Part shown: one piece after another, positions 1 to 9,300 of the stretch
Numbering within the stretch: the stretch's first letter is position 1
Layout of the letters: each line of letters begins with the position of its first letter
From: Azolla caroliniana
Taxonomy: Eukaryota; Plantae; Polypodiophyta
Length of the DNA: 64,000 nt
Assembly (NCBI GenBank): GCA_043228905.1
Contig: JBHGNT010000010.1
Coordinates: 3,162,001-3,226,000, forward strand
Direction: 5' to 3'
The notes under the pieces: model-generated
What the model was told of the DNA's origin: nothing
The model's input: the letters and a program-made list of their open reading frames with translations, nothing else
Database searches by the model: none
Position numbers and translations under genes: made by a program

Positions 1-246
1 TGGAGATACCGGATGACATGATTTGGGTCATCTATATGCTTTATATGAGCAAGTCTCTAGGTGTGTATAATGTCCCGACAGCCTATCCAATTGTTTCATT
101 AGCACGATTTGTGTAAAACAAGGTTGTCCCCTATCATTGACTCCATTTGGGATTTCCATTGATGAGATAATTGATTTTATTGCTCATAATGGAGGCAATG
201 GAGTAGTCATGGGGGTTCGCAAGTCAATCTCTTGCTCTATATAGAT
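1..246 (+). pseudogene. Decayed LINE (non-LTR) reverse transcriptase, 5' part, interrupted by Copia-A
   Basis: VKQGCPLS-like RT motif at ~113-136 and LLYID just before the insertion. The frame resumes after 5552 as DMVLLSKS..LQRH..ALDNFC..GL.LNLGQTK. Confidence 0.75.
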
Positions 247-840
247 TGTTGGGATTTCGGTCCCTTTCGGATGGGATGGTCGGATGTCGGAGATGGATGC
301 CGGATGCCGGATGGTCGGTTTCGGTTTCGGTGCCGGATGACGAATGTACCCGGAGAGCGATCCGGATGCAGGGACATATCCGTGAATATGTTCGCTATGG
401 GCCCCCTGAGGCCACAGTTGTAAATAGCCCCAAAGTCATATATGTATAAATATGACTTAGGGCAAATAGTTTTGTAGTTGCTAATCATTTTTCTGTTTTT
501 CCACTCAAGAGGAGTGAAGAGGGAGCAGCCGTGAGAGTGAGAGAGAGAGAGAGATAGAGCGCGAGAGAGGAAGAGGACGACGCCTCTGTGTATTTCCGCC
601 GCCTGTGGCGAGGACAGCGAGCTCAAGGTCGTCGCCTTGGAGCTCGTCATTGTATACCTCTTTTTGCATAGTGTTGTTTGGAGTCTTGTACTCCCGTGGT
701 TTTTCCCATCTAGGGTTTTCCACGTCAATCCCTGTGTATCGCGTTTTTTCTTCAGTATTTCCTATTTTCTGCTGCATTGATCCGCGATCAATCGGTTGTG
801 GCCGATTGGTGAAAGTGAATCCAAGCGTTGATTCCTCACA
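247..840 (+). repeat. Copia-A 5' LTR
   Basis: Direct repeat of 4954-5547; TATAAA at ~445; GA microsatellite. Confidence 0.97.
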
Positions 841-843
841 AAC

Positions 844-855
844 TGGTATCAGAGC
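844..855 (+). promoter_or_regulatory. Primer binding site (initiator tRNA-Met)
   Basis: TGGTATCAGAGC, 3 nt after the LTR end. Confidence 0.95.
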
Positions 856-869
856 AACTGTTGCAGAAA

Positions 870-3800
870 ATGGAAGGCGGCGGCAGCGGGCAGCCGATGA
901 TGATGGTGCTGAATGCACAGAATTACGCCGACTGGAAGATCAAGATGGAGGACCTTCTGATCGTTCGGGACCTGTACGAACCGATTGACAGGTCGGAAAT
1001 ACCGAAAGGGGTACTTGAGTCGGAGTGGAAGCTCCTGAACCGGAAAGCCGTAGCGACGATCCGACAATACGTCGACGTGAGCGTCCTACAACATGTGGCA
1101 AACGACACCAACGCATATGAGATGTGGAAGAAGCTGTCGGGCCTCTACGAGAGGAAGAATGCGTTGAACCGGACCTCCCTGATGAGGAAGATAGTGAATC
1201 TCAAGTACCGGGACGGCGAGAGCATGGTGGAACACGTAAGCACGTTCATGGGATTCGTGAATCAGCTTGCGGCGATCAAGTTCCCGTTGGAGGATGCAAT
1301 GCAAGCCATCATCCTAATGTGTACATTGCCGGAAAGCTGGGAGAACTTGGTGGTGACTCTCAGCACCTCGTGCACCGAAGACAACTTGTCCTTACAAACG
1401 GTAAAGACAAGTATTCTGAATGAAGAAGCGCGTCGGAGAGATAAGGAACCGACCTCCGAACCGAAGATGTTGTTTACCGAGTCGGATCGGGGAAGACAAT
1501 GGAACCGGAGTCCGCAAAGGCGGGAGAAGTCGGGGACCCGGTCGCAGTCAAGAGGAAGGCCCACATGCTTCCACTGTGGAAAGCCGGGGCACTTCCGAAA
1601 GAATTGTCGGCATTACCGAAAAGACAACGGAGCCGACGACACCGACTCGAAGAAGTCACCGGAGAGAAACGGTGCATACCGGGGAGCCACGGACCGGAGA
1701 GGTTCGGATCGGCGAGGGCAAGACCGGAAAGGAACAACGGCACTCGCGGCAAGTGAGGAAGAAATCATGCTCATCACCGAAGAAGGTGAGCTAAACGTTG
1801 CCGGCGATGAGACGACCTGGGTGGTCGATTCCGGAGCATCGTTCCACCTGACCCCGGAGAGAAGATACTTCTCATCCTACACAGCCGGCGAGCATGGCTG
1901 TGTTCGGATGGGAAATGAAGGTACGTGCCGGATTGCCGGCATCGGAGACGTGTGGTTGACAACCCCGACCGGATGCAAAATGCTGCTGAAGGATGTCCGA
2001 CACGTTCCGGAGGTTCGTTTGAACCTGATTTCGGCTGGGAGGCTAGACGATGAAGGCTACACAGGTAGCATCCGGAACGGCGTAATGAAGTTCAGCAAGG
2101 GGAGCCTGATAGTGGCTCGGGCCCGGAAAGACAACACACTGTACCTGATGAATGCCCGGTTATGTCCGGAAGAGTTGAATGTGGCAGCCGACACTGCTGG
2201 TGAGCTGTGGCACAAAAGACTGTGTCACATGAGCGAGAAGGGGATGAAGAGGCTTGCAGAAGACAACCTTATTCCAGTGAAGCATGTGCACCTGGAGAAG
2301 TGCACCGATTGCCTGGCCGGTAAGCAGAACCGAAATTCCTTCCGCTCAAGGCCACCGACGAGACGTAGCGCACCATTGGAGTTGGTGCACACTGACGTGT
2401 GTCAGTTAGAGACGAAGTCACATGGCGGAGCCCAGTACTTCGTAACATTCATCGATGATCATAGCCGAAAACTGTGGACGGCACCGATGAAGACAAAGGA
2501 CCAAGTGTTGTGCGTCTTCAAGGAACTCCACGCAAGAGTGGAAAGGGAATCCGGCAAGAAGCTGAAAGCGATACGAGCGGATAACGGAGGGGAATACCGG
2601 GGGCAGTTCGCGGAGTACTGTCGCTCGAAGGGAATCCGACTCGAGTTTACTGTGCCGAAGACGCCGGAACTGAACGGGCTGGCAGAGAGGATGAACCGGA
2701 CCATAATGGAGAGGGCCCGGAGTATGCTGGCGCATGCGAAATTACCCAAGGGATTTTGGGCTGAGGCAATGTCGACGGCGACATATGTGATAAACAGATC
2801 ACCCTCAGTACCTTTAGACGGAGACACGCCGCAGAGAGTGTGGACCGGTAGGGAAGTATCCTACCGGCATCTGAAGGTGTTCGGGTGTCTCGCATACGTG
2901 CATGTGGCAAAGGACCGGAGAGGAAAGCTAGATCCAAAGACCCGGCCATGCATATTCCTCGGTTACGGCGACGACGAGTACGGCTACCGAGTATGGGACC
3001 CGGTCGACAAGAAGATATTCAGGAGTCGAGACATCATCTTCATGGAGGACAAGACACTCGCCGACTGGGAGTCGGAGAAGAAGGTGAAGAGCTCCAAGTC
3101 GACCGGTGAGGATCAACTCTACGAGGAGCAGTCCCGACCGGCAAGGGACCGGTTAGCACTCGAGGATCCGGCCGAAGACGGTGAAGAAACAGAACCGGCC
3201 GAAGAAGATGAAAACGATACCGGAACCGGCTCCGATCCCGAAATGGATTCGGATGAAGAAGAATCGGAAGAACCGGTTACCGAAGCTCCGGAACGGAGAT
3301 ATCCTCTAAGAGAGAGAAGGGCCCCCCGGAGATTTCCGGAACCAGAGCACGTGCTGCTAACCGACGAGGGGGAGCCGGAGAGCTTTGAAGAAGCAAAGCA
3401 TGACACCCAGAGCCGCAGGTGGTTGAGTGCCATGCAGGACGAGATGGGTTCCCTGCATGAGAACCACACATATGAACTTGTGGAGTTGCCGAAGGGAAAG
3501 CGGGCACTTCGAAACAAGTGGGTGTTCAAGCTGAAACCGGGAGATGCCGGAAACCCCCCGAGATACAAAGCCAGGATCGTGGTGAAGGGGTTTCAGCAAA
3601 AGAAGGGCGTCGACTTCGACGAGATATTTGCCCCGGTAGTGAAGATGACCTCCATCCGGACGGTGCTGAGCATAGCGGCAAACATGGACCTCGAGGTAGA
3701 ACAGATGGACGTGAAGACGGCATTCCTTCACGGTGACCTCGATGAAGAGATCTACATGCAGCAACCGGAAGGATTCGAGAAGGAAGGGAAGGAGCACCTG

Positions 3801-4943
3801 GTATGCCGGTTGAGGAAGAGCCTTTACGGACTGAAACAGGCTCCCCGGCAATGGTACCGGAAGTTCGACTCCTTCATGACCGACGAAGGGTACCTCAAAA
3901 CGCAGTCCGACCACTGCGTGTTTGTGAAGAAGTTCGAAGGAGGAGACTTTCTAATACTCCTCCTGTACGTGGACGACATGTTGATCGTCGGACAGGACCA
4001 GGTCAAGATTCGGATGCTGAAGAAGGCTCTTCACCGAACCTTCGCAATGAAGGACCTGGGTCCGGCGAGGCAAATACTAGGGATGCACATCATCCGGGAC
4101 CGGAAGAAGAAGCAGTTGTGGCTGTCACAGGAGAAGTACGTGACGAAGGTGCTTCAACGGTTCAACATGTCGGAAGCAAGACCGGTCGGATCGACCCTCC
4201 CGGCAAACTGCAAGCTGTCCAGCAAGCAAAGTCCCAAGACAAAGGCTGAAAAGGAGGATATGATGAAAGTGCCGTATGCCTCGGCCGTCGGGAGCTTGAT
4301 GTACGCCATGGTGTGTACGAGACCGGACATCGGATATGCAGTCGGAGTGGTGAGCAGGTACATGAGCAATCCCGGTAAAGAGCATTGGAACGCGGTCAAG
4401 TGGATACTCCGATACCTGAAGGGCACAGCGAAAGTGTGCCTCCGATTCGGCTCCGGTAAACCCGAACTCGATGGCTTCACCGATTCGGATATGTCGGCTG
4501 ATGCAGATACCAGCCGGTCTACATCAGGGTATGTGATGACGTATGCAGGGGGAGCTGTTTCATGGCAGTCGAGGCTGCAGAAGACGGTTGCGCTGTCAAC
4601 CACGGAGGCGGAGTACATGGCGGCTGTTGAAGCCGGCAAGGAAATAATATGGATGAAGGACTTCATTAGAGAGCTCGGTATCCGGCAGGAGGAGTACCGA
4701 CTCTACTGCGACAGTCAGAGTGCAATCCACCTTGCAAAGAACGCGGCCTATCACTCCCGGACGAAGCACATCCAGCGAAGATATCACTGGATCCGGGAAA
4801 GGATAGAAGACAAGGAGTTCGTGCTGACGAAGATCCACACGGACGAGAACGGGTCGGATATGCTGACCAAGGTGCTAACACCCGACAAGCTGGAAGCATG
4901 CCGGAAGAGGATCGGATTGGAGAGACATCCCATGCCGAAGTGA
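870..4943 (+). CDS. Copia gag-pol polyprotein (~1357 aa): gag, CCHC knuckle, protease, integrase, RT, RNase H
   Basis: Uninterrupted ORF. Motifs CFHCGKPGHFRKNC, WVVDSGAS, WHKRLCH..C..C, VHTDVC, DNGGE, GKLDPK, LYVDDM, RTKHI occur in Copia order. First ATG after the PBS is at 870. Confidence 0.97.
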   Translation: MEGGGSGQPMMMVLNAQNYADWKIKMEDLLIVRDLYEPIDRSEIPKGVLESEWKLLNRKAVATIRQYVDVSVLQHVANDTNAYEMWKKLSGLYERKNALNRTSLMRKIVNLKYRDGESMVEHVSTFMGFVNQLAAIKFPLEDAMQAIILMCTLPESWENLVVTLSTSCTEDNLSLQTVKTSILNEEARRRDKEPTSEPKMLFTESDRGRQWNRSPQRREKSGTRSQSRGRPTCFHCGKPGHFRKNCRHYRKDNGADDTDSKKSPERNGAYRGATDRRGSDRRGQDRKGTTALAASEEEIMLITEEGELNVAGDETTWVVDSGASFHLTPERRYFSSYTAGEHGCVRMGNEGTCRIAGIGDVWLTTPTGCKMLLKDVRHVPEVRLNLISAGRLDDEGYTGSIRNGVMKFSKGSLIVARARKDNTLYLMNARLCPEELNVAADTAGELWHKRLCHMSEKGMKRLAEDNLIPVKHVHLEKCTDCLAGKQNRNSFRSRPPTRRSAPLELVHTDVCQLETKSHGGAQYFVTFIDDHSRKLWTAPMKTKDQVLCVFKELHARVERESGKKLKAIRADNGGEYRGQFAEYCRSKGIRLEFTVPKTPELNGLAERMNRTIMERARSMLAHAKLPKGFWAEAMSTATYVINRSPSVPLDGDTPQRVWTGREVSYRHLKVFGCLAYVHVAKDRRGKLDPKTRPCIFLGYGDDEYGYRVWDPVDKKIFRSRDIIFMEDKTLADWESEKKVKSSKSTGEDQLYEEQSRPARDRLALEDPAEDGEETEPAEEDENDTGTGSDPEMDSDEEESEEPVTEAPERRYPLRERRAPRRFPEPEHVLLTDEGEPESFEEAKHDTQSRRWLSAMQDEMGSLHENHTYELVELPKGKRALRNKWVFKLKPGDAGNPPRYKARIVVKGFQQKKGVDFDEIFAPVVKMTSIRTVLSIAANMDLEVEQMDVKTAFLHGDLDEEIYMQQPEGFEKEGKEHLVCRLRKSLYGLKQAPRQWYRKFDSFMTDEGYLKTQSDHCVFVKKFEGGDFLILLLYVDDMLIVGQDQVKIRMLKKALHRTFAMKDLGPARQILGMHIIRDRKKKQLWLSQEKYVTKVLQRFNMSEARPVGSTLPANCKLSSKQSPKTKAEKEDMMKVPYASAVGSLMYAMVCTRPDIGYAVGVVSRYMSNPGKEHWNAVKWILRYLKGTAKVCLRFGSGKPELDGFTDSDMSADADTSRSTSGYVMTYAGGAVSWQSRLQKTVALSTTEAEYMAAVEAGKEIIWMKDFIRELGIRQEEYRLYCDSQSAIHLAKNAAYHSRTKHIQRRYHWIRERIEDKEFVLTKIHTDENGSDMLTKVLTPDKLEACRKRIGLERHPMPK

Positions 4944-4953
4944 AGGGGGAGTT

Positions 4954-5547
4954 TGTTGGGATTTCGGTCCCTTTCGGATGGGATGGTCGGATGTCGGAGA
5001 TGGATGCCGGATGCCGGATGGTCGGTTTCGGTTTCGGTGCCGGATGACGAATGTACCCGGAGAGCGATCCGGATGCAGGGACATATCCGTGAATATGTTC
5101 GCTATGGGCCCCCTGAGGCCACAGTTGTAAATAGCCCCAAAGTCATATATGTATAAATATGACTTAGGGCAAATAGTTTTGTAGTTGCTAATCATTTTTC
5201 TGTTTTTCCACTCAAGAGGAGTGAAGAGGGAGCAGCCGTGAGAGTGAGAGAGAGAGAGAGATAGAGCGCGAGAGAGGAAGAGGACGACGCCTCTGTGTAT
5301 TTCCGCCGCCTGTGGCGAGGACAGCGAGCTCAAGGTCGTCGCCTTGGAGCTCGTCATTGTATACCTCTTTTTGCATAGTGTTGTTTGGAGTCTTGTACTC
5401 CCGTGGTTTTTCCCATCTAGGGTTTTCCACGTCAATCCCTGTGTATCGCGTTTTTTCTTCAGTATTTCCTATTTTCTGCTGCATTGATCCGCGATCAATC
5501 GGTTGTGGCCGATTGGTGAAAGTGAATCCAAGCGTTGATTCCTCACA
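4954..5547 (+). repeat. Copia-A 3' LTR
   Basis: Matches 247-840; preceded by the PPT. Confidence 0.97.
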
Positions 5548-5552
5548 TAGAT

Positions 5553-5800
5553 GACATGGTTTTACTTTCTAAGTCTAAACACAACCTACAAAGGCACCAC
5601 AATGCCTTAGATAACTTTTGCACACAAAGAGGATTGATATTAAATCTAGGGCAAACTAAATTCCTTATCTTCCACACAATTTCTCTAGTTAGGACTAAAT
5701 GTCACCTCCCACTCTCTCATAGACTAATTGATGTAGTTGGATCATATGTATACCTTGGAGTCACTTTAAGTGCAAAATACCAAGGTATACTAAGACCCTC
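5553..5800 (+). pseudogene. Decayed LINE RT, 3' part
   Basis: DMVLLSKSKHNLQRHHNALDNFCTQRGLILNLGQTKFLIF..YVYLGV continues the YxDD region split by Copia-A. Confidence 0.7.
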
Positions 5801-6315
5801 TCGAAACTATTAGATACCCTAGATATAAAGAAATTAGGTTGAGATATCTTAGAGCTAAAACAACATAGAGAGAATAAGCTAAAAAATGCTAACCATAGCC
5901 TTTCTAATATTCACCAACATATAACCAATTAAAAATTTCACCACATGCGCCACTCAACCTCTCCCTTACTAAAGCAAAAAACCAAAGAACAACCAAAACG
6001 CCCTCGGATGTTGGGCCTCAAAGTCACTCGTTGTGTAGAAGCAATTAAGAAGATAAGGGAATGTGAGTTACACCACCTAGAACCTATGGTCAGGGTACCC
6101 TTTACATTAGGACCACTTGCCACACCCACATCGAAACCCGATGGATGTTATTCGGCTATCCGATTCCGATCCAACTAATCCCGGTTACGTTCCGGATTGT
6201 TAAGACACGGCAGATTAGTTATAACACTTGTAAGATTAACAATTGAAGCGTAGAATGACAAGTACACAGAGTGTCGCTCAAAGAGGCAATCAGTCGAGTA
6301 GTACGATGCGATAAC

Positions 6316-9300
6316 TGTTGGGATTTCGGTCCCTTTCGGATGGGATGGTCGGATATCGGAGATGAATGCCGACAAGCCCGGTTTCGGTTTCGGATCCGGA
6401 TGACGAAGACCCCGGCTTCGGTGCCGGATGACGAATGTACCCGGAGAGCGATCCGGATGCAGGGACATATCCGTGAATATGTTCGCTACGAGCCCCCTGA
6501 GGCTATAGTTGTAAATAGCCCAAAGTCATATAAGTATAAATATGACTTAGGGCAAACAGTTTTTCTGTTGCTTCTCATTTTTCTGTTTTTCCACTTTAGA
6601 GGAGTGAAGAGAGAGCAGCCGTGAGAGAGAGAGAAAGAGAGAGAGCGCGAGAGAGAAAGAGGTAGACGCCTCTGTGTATTTCCGCCGCCTGTGGCGAGGA
6701 CAGCGAGCTCAAGGTCGTCGCCTTGGAGCTCGTCATTGTATACTTCTCTGTATAGTGTTGTTTGGAGTCTTGTACTCCCGTGGTTTTTCCCCGTTTAGGG
6801 TTTTCCACGTTAATCCTTGTGTACTCGCGTTTCTTCGTTTTGTTTCTACGTGTGTTTCCTATTTTCTGCTCCATTGATCCGCGATTAATCGGTTGTGGCC
6901 GAGATAAGAAGGTGAATAGAAGGGTCTATTCCTTACAAACTGGTATCAGAGCGACTGTTGCAGAAAATGGAAGGCGGCGGCAGCGGGCAGCCGATGATGA
7001 TGGTGCTGAATGCACAGAATTACGCCGACTGGAAGATCAAGATGGAGGATCTTCTGATTGTTCGGGACCTGTACGAACCGATTGACAGGTCGGAAATACC
7101 GAAGGGGGTACTTGAGTCGGAGTGGAAGCTCCTGAACCGGAAAGCCGTAGCGACGATCCGACAATATGTCGACGTGAGCGTCCTGCAACATGTGGCGAAC
7201 GACACCAACGCATATGAGATGTGGAAGAAGCTGTCTGGCCTCTATGAGAGGAAGAATGCGTTGAACCGGACCTCCCTGATGAGGAAGATTGTGAATCTCA
7301 AGTATCGGGACGGCGAGAGTATGGTAGAACACGTAAGCACGTTCATGGGATTCGTGAATCAGCTTGCGGCGATCAAGTTCCCGTTGGAGGATGCAATGCA
7401 AGCCATCATCCTGATGTGTACATTGCCGGACAGCTGGGAGAACTTGGTAGTGACTCTCAGCACCTCCTGCACCGAAGATAACTTGTCCCTACAGACGGTA
7501 AAGACAAGTATTCTGAATGAAGAAGCGCGTCGGAGAGATAAGGAACCGGCCTCCGACCCGAAGATGCTGTTTACCGAATCGGATCGGGGAAGACAGTGGA
7601 ACCGGAGTCCGCAAAGACGGGAGAAGTCGGGGACCCGGTCGCAGTCAAGAGGAAGGCCAACATGCTTCCACTGTGGGAAGCCGGGGCACTTCCGGAAGAA
7701 CTGTCGGCATTACCGAAAGGACAACGGAGCCGACGACACCGATTCGAAGAAGTCACCGGAGAGAAACGGTGCATACCGGGGAGCCACGGACCGGAGAGGT
7801 CCGGATCGGCGAGGGCAGGACCGGAAAGGAACGACGGCATTCGCGGCAAGTGAAGAAGAGATAATGCTCATTACCGAAGAGACGGAGCTAAACCTTGCCG
7901 GTGAAGAGATGACCTGGGTGGTCGATTCCGGAGCGTCGTTCCACCTGACCCCGGAGAAGAAATACTTCTCATCCTACACAGCCGGTGAACATGGCTGTGT
8001 CCGGATGGGAAATGAAGGTACGTGCCGGATTGCCGGCATAGGAGACGTGTGGTTGACAACCCCGACCGGATGCAAAATGCTGCTGAAAGATGTCCGACAC
8101 GTTCCGGAGGTCCGATTGAACCTGATTTCGGCCGGGAGGCTAGATGATGAAGGCTACACGGGTAGCATCCGGAACGGTGTCATGAAGTTCAGCAAGGGGA
8201 GCTTGATAGTGGTTCGGGCCCGGAAGGTCAACACACTGTACCTGATGAATGCCCGGTTATGTCCGGAAGAGCTGAATGTGGCAGCCGACACTGCCGGTGA
8301 GCTGTGGCACAAGCGACTGTGCCACATGAGTGAGAAGGGGATGAAGAGGCTTGCAGAAGACAACCTTATTCCAGTGAAGCATGTGCACCTGGAGAAGTGC
8401 ACCGACTGCCTGGCCGGTAAGCAAAACCGAACCTCCTTCCACTCAAGGCCACCGACGAGACGTAGCGCACCATTGGAGTTGGTGCACACTGATGTGTGTC
8501 AGGTAGAAACGAAGTCACATGGCGGAGCCCAGTACTTCGTGACATTCATTGATGATCACAGCCGGAAGCTGTGGACGGCACCGTTGAAGACAAAGGACCA
8601 AGTGTTGTCCGTCTTCAAAGAACTCCACGCGAGAGTGGAAAGGGAATCCGGCAAGAAGCTGAAAGCGATACGAGCGGATAACGGAGGGGAATACCGGGGG
8701 CAGTTCCAGGAGTACTGTCGCTCGAAGGGAATCCGGCTCGAGTTTACTGTGCCGAAGACGCCGGAACTGAACGGGCTGGCCGAGAGGATGAACCGGACCA
8801 TAATGGAGCGGGTCCGGAGTATGCTGGCGCATGCGAAATTACCCAAGGGGTTTTGGGCTGAGGCAATGTCGACGGCGACATATGTGATAAACAGATCACC
8901 CTCAGTACCTTTGGACGGAGACACGCCGCAGAGAGTGTGGACCGGTAAGGAAGTGTCCTACCGGCATCTGAAGGTGTTCGGGTGTCTCGCATACGTGCAT
9001 GTGGCAAAGGACCGGAGAGGAAAGCTAGATCCGAAGACCCGGCCATGCATATTCCTCGGTTACGGCGACGACGAGTTCGGCTACCGAGTATGGGACCCGG
9101 TCGACAAGAAGATATTCCGGAGTCGTGATATCATCTTCATGGAGGACAAGACACTCGCCGACTGGGAGTCGGAGAAGAAGATGAAGAGCTCCAAGTCGAT
9201 CGGTGAGGATCAACTCTACGAGGAGCAGTCCCGACCGGCAAGGGACCGGTTAACACTCGAGGATCCGGCCGAAGACGGTGAAGAAACAGAACCGGCCGAA

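Larger units (their letters stand above)
247..5547 (+). mobile_element. Copia-A: full-length intact Ty1/Copia LTR retrotransposon (Tnt1/Tork-like)
   Basis: 594-bp LTRs at 247-840 and 4954-5547 (TG..CA, no differences seen). TSD TAGAT at 242-246 and 5548-5552. PBS TGGTATCAGAGC at 844-855. PPT GAAGGGGGAG at 4942-4951. Confidence 0.98.

Noticed and set aside
828-869. ORF-track starts at 828, 6958 and 19619
   Set aside because: These are non-ATG starts in LTR or leader sequence. The first ATGs after the PBS (870, 6967, 20120) are more plausible.
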